Notes: generated by a model from the sequence alone, not told the origin. Positions 40,080-50,726 are shown, numbered from the stretch's first letter. The stretch is 55,250 bases of DNA from an uncultured virus (IMG/VR IMGVR_UViG_3300027241_000181) (IMGVR_UViG_3300027241_000181), one strand, 5' to 3'. Made by a program: numbers and translations.

Positions 40080-41165
40080 ATGAAAAGTCATAAGTTTTTA
40101 GAAGCGTACTTAAATGCTTACGCTCCTGTTGCACAGGAAACAGAAGGTCAAAAGATGTGGATGCGTTACATTTCAGACTTTTCACATTCACTTCACATGG
40201 ACGCATACGGCACTGGTTATGGTGTTTACCGTTGCGGTAAAGAAGGAGCCAAGAAAGTTGTGATTGAAGCACACTGCGATGAGATCTCATGGATCATTAC
40301 ACACATTGAAAAAGACGGCTACATCCGCGTTCGTCACCATGGAGGTTCAGACAATATGATCGCCCCTTCTAAAACAGTTATCATTCATACGCACGACGGT
40401 CGACAGGTTAAAGGTGTGTTTGGTTGGCCTGCGATCCACACACGTACCGAACGTACTTCTAAAGGTTACGAACCGCATGAATTGTGGATTGATGTAGGTG
40501 TTTCTTCAGACGAGCAAGCTGCTGAATTGGGAGTTGAAGTTGGATGCTTGGCTACGTTCGATACACAATTCAGCATGATTGGAGATTACTACGTTGGCCG
40601 TTCGTTGGACAATAAGATTGGAGGTTATATTATTGCTGAGGTCCTAAAGCGCATGGCGCTTGATGGTGAGAAGTTGGATTTTGACCTGTACGTGGTTAAC
40701 TCGGTTCAAGAAGAAGTTGGCTTGTACGGTGCAAAGAAGATTGCAAAAGAACTGCAAGCTGATTTGGCCCTAGTGCATGATGTTTGTCACAACGTGGCTC
40801 ACCCAAAGATGGATAAAGCCAAGCACGGACCAGTTGAAGGTGGTAAAGGTCCTTCATTAGAGTACACTTCACAGAATCACCGTGGCATTCTAAACAAGCT
40901 GAAAGAGGTTGCTAAAGCCAATGAGCTGCCATTACAACATCATGTTGGATCTTACGGCAACGACACGATGGCTTTCTTTTTGGAAAACACTCCAACTGCA
41001 ATCTTGGCCTCACCGCTGAAGTACATGCACACCACAGTCGAGATGGTTCATCGAGATGACGTTGAAAACTGTATCAAGTTGTACATCGCATTCTTGAAAG
41101 ATATTGACGACGAGTGGATCGATAACATCAACAACCCCTTAAACACTGGTATCCTTGAACTCTAA
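40080..41165 (+). CDS. M42-family metallopeptidase
   Basis: EAHCDEI, SLDNKIG, VQEEVGL.GA, HDV, KYMHT. Confidence 0.88.
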   Translation: MKSHKFLEAYLNAYAPVAQETEGQKMWMRYISDFSHSLHMDAYGTGYGVYRCGKEGAKKVVIEAHCDEISWIITHIEKDGYIRVRHHGGSDNMIAPSKTVIIHTHDGRQVKGVFGWPAIHTRTERTSKGYEPHELWIDVGVSSDEQAAELGVEVGCLATFDTQFSMIGDYYVGRSLDNKIGGYIIAEVLKRMALDGEKLDFDLYVVNSVQEEVGLYGAKKIAKELQADLALVHDVCHNVAHPKMDKAKHGPVEGGKGPSLEYTSQNHRGILNKLKEVAKANELPLQHHVGSYGNDTMAFFLENTPTAILASPLKYMHTTVEMVHRDDVENCIKLYIAFLKDIDDEWIDNINNPLNTGILEL

Positions 41166-41221
41166 TTACTATTACACTACCACGACATTTGGAGATGTTC
41201 CATTCGTTTATGTATTGACCA

Positions 41222-41590
41222 ATGACAAGAATTAATACTGGCATCAAACCTGAAGAATTGCCCGATAAACTGTTATTGGCAGAACTTCGCGAGATCAAGC
41301 GTATTCCAAACGTCATTCGTCAGGGTAAGTACAATATGAATGGTATTCCTGAAGAATTCACACTCGGCCAAGGTCACGTCAAATTCTTCTATAATAAATT
41401 AGAGTACCTGTTGAATCGTTACAACTCTCTTAGATGGGAGGCCCTGTACCGTGGATTTAACGTCAGTGATTGGACTGATGCCTGGAACGGTGTGCCAGAT
41501 GAACTGATGAACGATTACGTTGAAACAAAGCGAGATCGAGAGATACTATTAGAAAGAATAGCCGAAAAGGGCTTTGAATTAAGAAAGTAA
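41222..41590 (+). CDS. denV: pyrimidine-dimer DNA glycosylase / endonuclease V
   Basis: MTRIN...LLAELREIKRI...FTLG.GHVKFFY.KL.YL..RY..L..E...RGF, as in T4 DenV. Confidence 0.9.
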   Translation: MTRINTGIKPEELPDKLLLAELREIKRIPNVIRQGKYNMNGIPEEFTLGQGHVKFFYNKLEYLLNRYNSLRWEALYRGFNVSDWTDAWNGVPDELMNDYVETKRDREILLERIAEKGFELRK

Positions 41591-41919
41591 TGGTCACAAT
41601 CATGTTAATTGCCATCACGGCAACAGGAATCGCAATGTACGTTATTGCAACTCAGAATAGAATTGGTAAGCGTTTGTTTAGATTTGAATTTCATTGCCCT
41701 GAAACGGGTAGAAGGTCAGTCTATCATGTTCGTTCTGAAGGTTTTACAGCAGCGTATGAAGCAGCTAAAGAGGCTGTTAACCTTCAACACTCTGAAAACA
41801 ATTTTGAGTGTAAGATCGCAGTGGAGTTGAACGCTGAAACTGAAGAGCCCATTTCGGCTAACATGGTTGACATTCTTCAGAGTTTAGAATCAGTCGAGCG
41901 AGTAGAGATTGAAGCATGA
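41590..41919 (+). CDS. hypothetical protein with N-terminal hydrophobic anchor
   Basis: 109-aa coupled ORF. Confidence 0.5.
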   Translation: MVTIMLIAITATGIAMYVIATQNRIGKRLFRFEFHCPETGRRSVYHVRSEGFTAAYEAAKEAVNLQHSENNFECKIAVELNAETEEPISANMVDILQSLESVERVEIEA

Positions 41920-42341
41920 AAGAATTGAAAATAGTTGGCATCACTGCATCTACGTTTGACCTGTTTCATGCAGGGCACGTTAAAATGCTTGAAGAAGCTA
42001 AGCAGCATTGTGATTATCTGATCATTGCTCTTCAGACGGATCCTACGATTGACCGTCCTGAAAAGAATAAACCAGTGCAATCTATCGTTGAAAGGTATAT
42101 TCAAGTAGATGGTTGTAAGTGGGTTAACGAGATCATTCCTTATGCAACCGAAAAAGATCTTGAAGACATTCTAGCAAGCTTTAAAATTGATGTTAGAATT
42201 TTAGGTGAAGAATATCGCGAAAAAGAATTCACAGGCCGACAGATTTGTAACAATCGCGGTATTGAATTAATTTTTAACAAAAGAGATCACTCTTTTTCAT
42301 CATCCGAATTACGTAAAAGAGTTGCTGAAAGGGAAGGTTGA
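41916..42341 (+). CDS. glycerol-3-phosphate cytidylyltransferase-like (TagD)
   Basis: TASTFDLFHAGH, RDHSFSSSELR. Confidence 0.85.
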   Translation: MKELKIVGITASTFDLFHAGHVKMLEEAKQHCDYLIIALQTDPTIDRPEKNKPVQSIVERYIQVDGCKWVNEIIPYATEKDLEDILASFKIDVRILGEEYREKEFTGRQICNNRGIELIFNKRDHSFSSSELRKRVAEREG

Positions 42342-42351
42342 TAAATAATCT

Positions 42352-43272
42352 ATGAACTTAAACTTTTCTCAATTTCTAAAACATCCGTTCAAAGAAGTTC
42401 TATTGAACATGGTTAAATTGTTTAGGGCTGAAAGGCACTATTCAAATTACAAAGGTGAAGAACGTAAGGTTCAAGCACCTGAAGGTTATGATAAAGTGTT
42501 TTCAGATTACTTCTTAACACGCTTGAACAAAGATGAGTGGCGTTATGCAATGCCATGGGGAGACTTTCACCCGGGTTCTTTACACCAATACTATGATAAC
42601 GATGGAACGCTAAGTTACATTGATACTCGAGGTCTGGTGTTGGCCCTTAAAAACACTCCTAAGACTTGGAAAAAGTCTGATCTTCCAAGTTGGAGACAGA
42701 ATGAGTCGATGCCAGAAGAATTTACAATTCCAACTGGCGTTGGTTTTGTTTCTTCAAAGCAGGTTTGGCAATACGGTTGGTTTGAAGCATGGATTCAACT
42801 TCCAGAAGGACAGTCATATTGGCCTGCATTCTGGTTTTCAGGTTATGATACATGGCCACCTGAAATTGATGTCTTTGAAGGATACTCTCACATGGGCCCA
42901 AAATACGATTCATACACTCTATTAGATCGTTGGTTTAAAAGGCCTAATAGAAGAATTAGGCCTAACATTCATTATGGTCAAATAGAACAAAATAACAAAG
43001 AAGATTATTCATCTTACGATGTTCCAGTTGCAGATGCAACCAAAAGATTGGTCCAATATGTTTGTCACTGGGAAAAGGATTTTATTAGAATTTACTACGA
43101 TGGTCTATTGATTTTTGAAACAAAATCACATAACGTACTACAATGGTTCAATAGAGCTGACGCAAGACAGTATGTTATTTTCAATCACGGTCTTCACATG
43201 GACTATCCTGAAAACCCTGATGAAAGTGAAATGATCATTCGTAGCTTTAACGTATATCAAAAACAAGATTAA
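42352..43272 (+). CDS. GH16 glycoside hydrolase
   Basis: YGWFEA...WPAFW...WPPEIDVFE catalytic motif. Confidence 0.88.
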   Translation: MNLNFSQFLKHPFKEVLLNMVKLFRAERHYSNYKGEERKVQAPEGYDKVFSDYFLTRLNKDEWRYAMPWGDFHPGSLHQYYDNDGTLSYIDTRGLVLALKNTPKTWKKSDLPSWRQNESMPEEFTIPTGVGFVSSKQVWQYGWFEAWIQLPEGQSYWPAFWFSGYDTWPPEIDVFEGYSHMGPKYDSYTLLDRWFKRPNRRIRPNIHYGQIEQNNKEDYSSYDVPVADATKRLVQYVCHWEKDFIRIYYDGLLIFETKSHNVLQWFNRADARQYVIFNHGLHMDYPENPDESEMIIRSFNVYQKQD

Positions 43273-43273
43273 A

Positions 43274-43858
43274 ATGCAAGTAAGCGCAATAGTTGTCGAC
43301 GATTTTTATAATGACGTAGATGCCGTTAGAGAAATGGCTCTAGGTATGGAATTTGGTGTTCGAGGTAATTACCCAGGCCAACGCACCGTACAGGTTTATA
43401 ACGAAGGAGTTAAAAACTTAATTCAGGCTATCATTTCTCCTTACGCTGGTAAAATCACAGCATGGGAACAGTATGAATATACTGGTGCGTTTCAATACAC
43501 CACACAAAGGGATCGTTCGTGGATTCACGCCGATCAAACCACTAAATGGGCAGGAGTTTGTTACTTAACACCCGATGCTCCACTTTCAGGTGGAACGGGT
43601 CTTTTCCGCCATAAGGCGACGGGTTGGACAACCGCCCCTCGAAAAGATGACGGATCTTATAACGAAGAAGGTTTAGCCCTAATTGGCCAAGATTCACAGG
43701 ACATGACGAAGTGGGAAATGACCAACTTCGTTGGTAACGTATACAATCGATTGATCCTTTACCCGGGAGATTTATTTCATACTTCGCTTGACTACTTCGG
43801 TAAGGATATGTATGATGGTCGTCTGTTCCAAACATTCTTCTTCGACACTCAGCACTAA
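43274..43858 (+). CDS. putative 2OG-Fe(II) oxygenase (DUF6445-like)
   Basis: VVDDFY, YPG.RT, WIHAD, AGVCYLTP...GGT, NVYNRL, FHTS, RLFQTFFF. Confidence 0.75.
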   Translation: MQVSAIVVDDFYNDVDAVREMALGMEFGVRGNYPGQRTVQVYNEGVKNLIQAIISPYAGKITAWEQYEYTGAFQYTTQRDRSWIHADQTTKWAGVCYLTPDAPLSGGTGLFRHKATGWTTAPRKDDGSYNEEGLALIGQDSQDMTKWEMTNFVGNVYNRLILYPGDLFHTSLDYFGKDMYDGRLFQTFFFDTQH

Positions 43859-44743
43859 ATGGGACTTGTTGAAAACGTAGGTAACACTCCAATGATCAAA
43901 TTGGAGGAGGCTGATTTGACCGTATGGGGCAAAGCAGAATTCATGAACCCTGGTGGATCAGTTAAAGATCGTCCAGTTCTTCATATTATTCAACAAGCCG
44001 AGAAATCAGGGCAATTGAAGAAAGGTGATACAATTTGCGAGGCAACTTCAGGTAACACTGGCATTGCATTTGCAATGTTTGCAGCCCACCTCGGATACAA
44101 GTGCGTGATTGTGATGCCAAGTAACATGAGCGAAGAACGTAAGAAAATGTTCCAGGTTTATGGCGCTAAACTGATTGAAGTTGACGCAGGTAATTTTGAC
44201 CTGGCGATTCAAACCCGAAACGAGTTGTGCGAAAAGAATGGATGGTTTAATGGTAACCAATTTCATTCTGAATGGAACATTGAAGCGCATTACAACACTA
44301 CTGGTTTAGAAATAGTTGAGCAGCTAAAAGCCGAGGGTGTAACACCTGACGTATTCATTCTTGGAACTGGAACCGGTGGAACTCTGATGGGAGCAAGTAA
44401 GCGTATCAAAGAGACTTTTCCAAACATCAAGATTGTGGCAATTGAACCCGCTGAATCTCCAGTTATGAGTGGTGGTCAACCAGGTTTACATGGAATTCAA
44501 GGCATTGGCGACGGTTCAAAATTCTTGGTTGATCTAAATGAAGTTGACCAAGTTGTCACTGTTCCAACCGATTGTGCAATTCAGCATGCAATGTACTTAG
44601 CAAAAACACAAGGTCTTTTCTTAGGCATTTCAGCTGGTGCAAACGTTAGAGGAGCTTTTGAATGGCTCCGAGATAATGATTACAAGAATGCAGTTACCAT
44701 TCTTTGTGATCGAGGCGAAAGGTACTTTAGTAATTTTATATGA
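43859..44743 (+). CDS. cysK: cysteine synthase (PLP-dependent)
   Basis: GNTP, KAEFMNPGGSVKDR, EATSGNTGIA, GTGTGGT, HGIQGIG, D.GERY.S. Confidence 0.9.
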   Translation: MGLVENVGNTPMIKLEEADLTVWGKAEFMNPGGSVKDRPVLHIIQQAEKSGQLKKGDTICEATSGNTGIAFAMFAAHLGYKCVIVMPSNMSEERKKMFQVYGAKLIEVDAGNFDLAIQTRNELCEKNGWFNGNQFHSEWNIEAHYNTTGLEIVEQLKAEGVTPDVFILGTGTGGTLMGASKRIKETFPNIKIVAIEPAESPVMSGGQPGLHGIQGIGDGSKFLVDLNEVDQVVTVPTDCAIQHAMYLAKTQGLFLGISAGANVRGAFEWLRDNDYKNAVTILCDRGERYFSNFI

Positions 44744-45192
44744 TATATTGGTTCACTGGACAACCATCACACGGTAAGACCGTACTAGCAGACAGATTAA
44801 AGAAATTCATTATCGATCACGGAACTCCTGAAGATCAGGTTTTCAGAATTGATGGTGATGAAATGAGAGATTTGTTTACAAACAAAGACTATTCTATGAA
44901 TGGTCGAATTAAGAACATCGATGCAGCTCAAAAGATTGCTCATTACCTGCATAATCAAGGTAAGATTGTGATCGTATCATTAGTATCTCCATACCTAGAT
45001 CAACGAGAAGAGTTTAAGCAGGTGATTGGAGATGGAATGATTGAATTCTACGTCCACACTACTGAATCTCGAGAAAGAGATCACTTTGCGGTCAAGGGTT
45101 ACCAACCGCCCCAACAAAACTTCGTAGATGTCGACACAACTGACGACATACCTTCACAAACTCTAACTAAAATCTTAGAGGCCATTAGATAG
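44740..45192 (+). CDS. cysC: adenylylsulfate kinase
   Basis: WFTG.P..GKT, IDGD..R, VSLVSPY...R, YQPP. Confidence 0.85.
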   Translation: MIYWFTGQPSHGKTVLADRLKKFIIDHGTPEDQVFRIDGDEMRDLFTNKDYSMNGRIKNIDAAQKIAHYLHNQGKIVIVSLVSPYLDQREEFKQVIGDGMIEFYVHTTESRERDHFAVKGYQPPQQNFVDVDTTDDIPSQTLTKILEAIR

Positions 45193-45237
45193 GATTGTAA
45201 ATCCATTAGATAGACACACAGGATTTAATTTTATAAT

Positions 45238-45624
45238 ATGAAATACATTACAAAAGCAGACAAGCCCTCAAAAGATGGATGGGCACTTTACATTGGTCGT
45301 TGGCAGCCATGGCATGGAGGTCACAGATGGTTAATTGACCAACAGTTGGGACAAGGTAACAAAGTTTGGATCGCCATTCGAGATATGGAACCAGACGAGA
45401 AGAACCCATTCGCTGCATCACAGGTTCAAATGAACATTGAAACCGAATTGTATGATCTAATGGAACAGGGCAAAGTGATTGTGACGGTTATTCCAGATAT
45501 TTCATCGATCAATTTCGGTCGAGGTGTGGGATACGATGTAGTTGAACACGTTCCACCGACAGAAGTTGGTGAAATATCTGCCACCAAGATCAGACAGGAA
45601 ATGAAGAAACGAGGAGAGTTATGA
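45238..45624 (+). CDS. HxGH nucleotidyltransferase-fold protein
   Basis: IGRWQPWHGGH...GRGVGY...ISATKIR. Confidence 0.75.
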   Translation: MKYITKADKPSKDGWALYIGRWQPWHGGHRWLIDQQLGQGNKVWIAIRDMEPDEKNPFAASQVQMNIETELYDLMEQGKVIVTVIPDISSINFGRGVGYDVVEHVPPTEVGEISATKIRQEMKKRGEL

Positions 45625-45818
45625 GCAAAGATAAAATTAGACACATACTGAAGACAATCTCATGGAGAATCATCGGTACCTTAGATACCATTTTTCTGAG
45701 TTGGTTGGTCACCGGAGAGTTTAGTACAGGTTTAGCCATCGGTATGATCGAAATAGTTACGAAATCCATATTATACTATGCACATGAAAGAGCGTGGTAC
45801 AATTGGATTCGTTTGTAA
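45621..45818 (+). CDS. DUF2061-like small membrane protein
   Basis: KTISWRIIGTLDT...E..TK..LYY.HER.W. Confidence 0.8.
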   Translation: MSKDKIRHILKTISWRIIGTLDTIFLSWLVTGEFSTGLAIGMIEIVTKSILYYAHERAWYNWIRL

Positions 45819-45861
45819 ACTCTTTCAAAGTGCGGTATATAAAATAAAAAGCGTTGGAAAA

Positions 45862-46128
45862 ATGTATCGCGAAAGAATTGATGTCAGAACGGGTGCAGCA
45901 CCATGGGTCTTAAAAATTGAATTTGGAGATGGAGAGATTATGGCTCTTCGTTATCAAGATTTCAATAGATGTCTTGAATTCATGAATTTGGTAGATGATT
46001 ATTTTGGCAAGGAAGTTCGTCTTTGCCTAATGTCTAATATTGAATTCAAAACTCAAGCCCTTGAGAGAGGACATGAGGAATGGATTGACTTAATTGAGGA
46101 CGTAGAAGATGCCGAAATGGAATTTTGA
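45862..46128 (+). CDS. hypothetical protein
   Basis: ATG 45862 follows an AAAC-N17-TATAA motif; the ORF track start at 45778 overlaps the upstream gene. Confidence 0.5.
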   Translation: MYRERIDVRTGAAPWVLKIEFGDGEIMALRYQDFNRCLEFMNLVDDYFGKEVRLCLMSNIEFKTQALERGHEEWIDLIEDVEDAEMEF

Positions 46129-46294
46129 AGATATTGGAAACGAGACCCACTGTTCAAAATGTGGATCTTCTGATTATCATGAAACACATTCAGGTGTTCT
46201 AAAATGTGATGTTTGCGGATCAGTTATCTTAGAGCAAGGTAAGGTTCGTAGTCGCAAGGGAAAGAACATCAAGAAGGCCCGGTTTCGTGAATAA
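46109..46294 (+). CDS. small zinc-ribbon protein
   Basis: CSKCGS...CDVCG; basic tail. Confidence 0.55.
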   Translation: MPKWNFEDIGNETHCSKCGSSDYHETHSGVLKCDVCGSVILEQGKVRSRKGKNIKKARFRE

Positions 46295-46426
46295 ATACCT
46301 TGCATTTCACCCTAGAGGGGAAATAACATTGGAGTCGAAAGCCGAGTGGGTGGGAGCCCCTAACAATGTCCCCTCTAATCTAAACTTTTCAGTTTTTTGT
46401 AGTATAACCCTGTAAATAGATTCAAT

Positions 46427-47737
46427 ATGATCAAAGTAGGGTTACCCTCTGCACTTATTTATGGTTGGGATCGAGTTGGTGAGCATCGTTTATTGACATC
46501 ACTCTATCATGAAGAAAACCTTCAGGAGAATGTTCTGTGTTATTCGTATCCAGACTCTTCTTCATTTGCTGAGGATTTTGCTCGCCATCGACCTGATGTT
46601 ATTGTTACCATCGGCGGTAATCGACAGGATTGGACACAACTTGTGTCTCGCATCAATGAAACTTTTATCACCACTAAGTGGTGTCATTATAGTCAACTAC
46701 CTGTTGATTTTCAACTTGCAAACGATATTGTTTCACATGCAACTAATTGGGCTTGCTTTTCATTAGACAAGGTTTTTGATGATCCAAATCGACCTTATTT
46801 TTCAGTTTTCACAGGTGCTTATAAGACGGGAGATAGATTGTATCGAACTTACGAAGGTATTAAAAATCAAACCTATCCCAATTGGGAATGGATCGTAATT
46901 GATGATTCTCCAGAAGATCACACTGAAACATGGACCATTCTACAAGAATTGGCCAAAAAAGACTATCGAGTTAGACCTTATAAGATAACTCCAATTTCTG
47001 GCGGTAATATCGGTGAAGTTAAAAATAGAGCATGTTCAATGGCCAATGGAAACTGGTTCGCTGAACTAGATCATGATGACTTTTTCTTACCAGAATTGTT
47101 TGCTGAAACCATAAAGGCCATCAATCAATATCCTGACGCTGGTTTTGTCTACACTGACGTCGCAGAACCATTTGAAGACGGTGAAATGAGAAAGTACACT
47201 AGCACCATTGGACCTGAAGAGTATTGGTATGCACACCCTGAAAACGGATTTGTATGGGGATATGGTGGTCACGAATGGGTTGAATGGAATGGTACTGAAT
47301 ACCTGTGTCACTCATATCCTGACATCAATCCCAGAACTATTCGATTCAACATTGGTATGCCAAACCATGCTCGAATCTGGCGTAAAGACGTGTACAATAA
47401 AATTGGAAAGCATAATCGATTCATTTCTGTGGCTGATGATTTTGAGTTAATCATTAGAACGTTTCTAGAAACAAAAATGATTCACATCAAGAAAATGTTG
47501 TACTTACAGTACAATAATCGTAACTCAACGGTTGATAACAATGCAACTGACATTAATAGAAAATCACGTTTGATTCGAGACCATTATAACCAACAGATTC
47601 ACAATCGAATCGAACAACTCGGCTGTGTAGATTGGGATTGGAACGAAGAAACCAAAACTTCAACTCTATTTCAAATCGTCACGCCTAATCAAAAGTATTT
47701 TGAAGAAGAACAAAAGCTTAATTACATTTACAAATGA
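46427..47737 (+). CDS. GT2-family glycosyltransferase
   Basis: QTYPNWEWIVIDDS, ELDHDD, ADDFEL. Confidence 0.85.
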   Translation: MIKVGLPSALIYGWDRVGEHRLLTSLYHEENLQENVLCYSYPDSSSFAEDFARHRPDVIVTIGGNRQDWTQLVSRINETFITTKWCHYSQLPVDFQLANDIVSHATNWACFSLDKVFDDPNRPYFSVFTGAYKTGDRLYRTYEGIKNQTYPNWEWIVIDDSPEDHTETWTILQELAKKDYRVRPYKITPISGGNIGEVKNRACSMANGNWFAELDHDDFFLPELFAETIKAINQYPDAGFVYTDVAEPFEDGEMRKYTSTIGPEEYWYAHPENGFVWGYGGHEWVEWNGTEYLCHSYPDINPRTIRFNIGMPNHARIWRKDVYNKIGKHNRFISVADDFELIIRTFLETKMIHIKKMLYLQYNNRNSTVDNNATDINRKSRLIRDHYNQQIHNRIEQLGCVDWDWNEETKTSTLFQIVTPNQKYFEEEQKLNYIYK

Positions 47738-49410
47738 ATAACATAGTAATGGGAATCTCGATTGGTCACAATCGAGGAGCTGCAATCACAATCAACGGAG
47801 ATCTTAAAGTTGCAATCAGCAATGAAAGAGTTACTCGCATTAAAACTGATCATTCCGATAGTTTACCACTAGAATCAATGAGATATTGTCTAGAGGCATT
47901 AAACCTGGAGTATAAAGACATAGATGCGTTTATCTATAACACCACCGAAGACATCAATAGGGCTCCAGAAGAGTTTGAGATTGAAACCGGTATGTCAAGA
48001 GACAGATTAAACTTTGTTCCTCACCATCTGGCTCATGCCTATTCAACTTTCTGTGCTTCTGACTTTGATGAGGCTGCAGTTGTAGTTGCAGACGCAATGG
48101 GATCAGTTTATAATGACGAAACCCCAATTAAAGATTGGTTTAAGGTCGATGAATCAGGGTTGAATCCAGGAGAACATTTAGCAGAAGGTTACTCAATTTA
48201 TCATTTTTCAAGAAAAGATCAAACCATCAATCAATCATATTGTAAGTGGGTGGTTTATCCTTTTAGAGAAGGAGATCCTGAAGCTGAAACATCAATTGGT
48301 CATAAATATGGAATGGGTTCAAAGCAACTTGTATATAACCCCGTTCACAATACGTGGCAAGCTGGAAAGTTAATGGGGCTTGCATCTTATGCTAATAAGG
48401 AGTGGGTTGATTCCCACCCGATTCAAACGAGATTTGAAGATGAAGATATGTACGTTATGGTGCAGACCTTTTATCCCGAAGTAACATGGCAATCAAACTT
48501 TCAACAAAAGGCTAACGTTGCAGGCCTCTATCAGCGTGAACAGGAATTGTCGTCCCTTCACCTTGCAAAGATGGCAAAGAAAATAACCAATTCAAATAAC
48601 ATTTGTGTAGCTGGCGGATCTTTCTTAAATTGTAACACTAATGAGCTTATTATTAGAGAAGGTATTTACGATAATGCATACTTCATGCCTCCTGCTGATG
48701 ACAGTGGTATTCCCATCGGCTGTGCATATTACGGTTCGCATGTATTGATGGGTAAAATTCCAACTTCTGAAGGATGGATGACAGCGTATCTTGGAAAAAC
48801 ATATACTGAACAAGAAATCAATGATGCAATTGACCTTTATTCTTCTTCAATTAATGTAATAAAACTTGAAGAAGATGAAATGGTAGATACTGTTGCTAAT
48901 TTATTGAATGAAAATAGAGTCATCGGATGGTTTCAGAAGGGTTCCGAAATGGGTCCACGTGCTCTAGGTTGTCGTTCAATCTTGGCCTCACCAAAACAGG
49001 CTTGGATGCCACAGTACATTAATAGTGAAATCAAACTCAGGGAATGGTATCGCCCATTTGCGCCTTCGGTGCTATATGAAAAACAGGCCGAAATCTTCGA
49101 ACTTGATACGTATTCTCCATACATGCTGGTTACCACTGAAGTTAAACCAGAATGGAGAAGCAAGATTCCAGCAGTTACTCACATTGACGGAACTGCCCGC
49201 TATCAATCAGTTACACCAGATAACAATCCAAAATATCACAAGCTAATCAGTAAATTCAATGAAGTGTCAGGCGTTCCAGTCGTGTTGAACACTTCATTCA
49301 ATGGACCTGAAGAACCTATCGTTGAAACTCCTACCAATGCAATAAATACGTTCCTAAAAAGAAACTTATACGCATTGGTGCTTAATAATTATCTAATTAC
49401 TCGAAAATGA
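47734..49410 (+). CDS. NodU/CmcH-family carbamoyltransferase
   Basis: NER.TR.K, HHLAHA, GKLMGLASY, AGG..LNC, DDSG...G, E.GPRALG.RSILA, RE.YRPFAP, LNTSFN. Confidence 0.9.
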   Translation: MNNIVMGISIGHNRGAAITINGDLKVAISNERVTRIKTDHSDSLPLESMRYCLEALNLEYKDIDAFIYNTTEDINRAPEEFEIETGMSRDRLNFVPHHLAHAYSTFCASDFDEAAVVVADAMGSVYNDETPIKDWFKVDESGLNPGEHLAEGYSIYHFSRKDQTINQSYCKWVVYPFREGDPEAETSIGHKYGMGSKQLVYNPVHNTWQAGKLMGLASYANKEWVDSHPIQTRFEDEDMYVMVQTFYPEVTWQSNFQQKANVAGLYQREQELSSLHLAKMAKKITNSNNICVAGGSFLNCNTNELIIREGIYDNAYFMPPADDSGIPIGCAYYGSHVLMGKIPTSEGWMTAYLGKTYTEQEINDAIDLYSSSINVIKLEEDEMVDTVANLLNENRVIGWFQKGSEMGPRALGCRSILASPKQAWMPQYINSEIKLREWYRPFAPSVLYEKQAEIFELDTYSPYMLVTTEVKPEWRSKIPAVTHIDGTARYQSVTPDNNPKYHKLISKFNEVSGVPVVLNTSFNGPEEPIVETPTNAINTFLKRNLYALVLNNYLITRK

Positions 49411-50726
49411 AAAAGCCAAAGAACGTAAAAATCTGTTTAAATGCGATGGTGGGCAATGAAGAAGCCACTATCACCAGAATGTTAAAATCCGTTGTAGGTT
49501 ACGTTGACTATTACGTAATTCAATGTAACGGTAAAATCGATAACACCAAACAAATCATTGATGATTTCTTTGCTCAAAATGGAGTTCCAGGATTTACCTA
49601 TGAAATTGATTGGGATTATCCAGGTTGGAACCGAGATCACACTCTTCAAACTGCTCTAGAGGCGGATCATGGATGCGATTGGATCTTACGTATGGATGCC
49701 GACGAGCAGCTTTCGGTTGATGAAAATTTCGATTGGAGTCCATTTAACGATACGATGATCGATTCATTTAACATTGTTGCCGATCCAGGAGATGCAATGT
49801 ATTATCGTACATGGATGTGGAACGCTCACCGTCCATGGTTCTTTGCTCACGATAAGCGCCACGAAACAATTCACCTACCCGTGATCGGTGAAGGATTTAA
49901 TCGAGTTAATCTTGAAACTGGATTCCGTCAGGTTATTACCAATGATGGTGAAACCTGGTTCGCTCCAATGAAGTTTTTGAAAGATGCTCTCGAATTAGAA
50001 AGCGATAAAGTACCTTCAAACAAGGTTCTTGAAGATGATTATCATTTATGGTACATTGGTAAATCTTATAGTGATTCTTATGGTAATCCTGATGAATTTC
50101 CATTTGGCATAGATCACGCAAGAGAATATGCCCGTCGCTGTATCTTCTATTTTAATATGTACTTGAACAAGCTTCATAATTATTCTCAAACCCAAAAGCC
50201 AGCCAATATCGATGACATGGGTTACTATGCAATGTTCTTAATTGGTAATGCGTATAAATTCATGGGAAAATATGACATGGCTCTTGAAACTTATGAAAAG
50301 GCGCTTGAATTTAATCCCGCTCGAAATGAGGCAATGATGGCTCAAACCGAATTATTAGAGCAATTAGGTAGGCATGAAGAGATGATGAAGCTATCATTCA
50401 AAATGCTAAGGGACAGTAAGAGAAAGAATCCCTTCCCAACATATACGTTCTTGATTCATAACTCTGCGTATTATAATACGTCTGCCCACCCATTCTGGCT
50501 TCACATCAAATCTCTACGATACTTGGGCAAATCTTACGATCATGAGATCGAATGGATGAAGAGAGTTCACGATCAGATTCCTCAATACATCATTGATGAT
50601 CTTGAAGGCACAACACCTCCAGTTGTTCAATCAACGCCAGAAAAATCAGTTGACTTCGTTTTGTCTAACGGTGAAACAACACCAAATCCAATTACTTTAA
50701 CAGGTGTCTTCGGTATCTCAAGATAA
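49407..50726 (+). CDS. GT2-like glycosyltransferase with TPR region
   Basis: ICLNAMV.NE...I.R.L.S, DWILRMDADE, HE; C-terminal A..TYEKALEFNP.R.EA TPR. Confidence 0.8.
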   Translation: MKKPKNVKICLNAMVGNEEATITRMLKSVVGYVDYYVIQCNGKIDNTKQIIDDFFAQNGVPGFTYEIDWDYPGWNRDHTLQTALEADHGCDWILRMDADEQLSVDENFDWSPFNDTMIDSFNIVADPGDAMYYRTWMWNAHRPWFFAHDKRHETIHLPVIGEGFNRVNLETGFRQVITNDGETWFAPMKFLKDALELESDKVPSNKVLEDDYHLWYIGKSYSDSYGNPDEFPFGIDHAREYARRCIFYFNMYLNKLHNYSQTQKPANIDDMGYYAMFLIGNAYKFMGKYDMALETYEKALEFNPARNEAMMAQTELLEQLGRHEEMMKLSFKMLRDSKRKNPFPTYTFLIHNSAYYNTSAHPFWLHIKSLRYLGKSYDHEIEWMKRVHDQIPQYIIDDLEGTTPPVVQSTPEKSVDFVLSNGETTPNPITLTGVFGISR

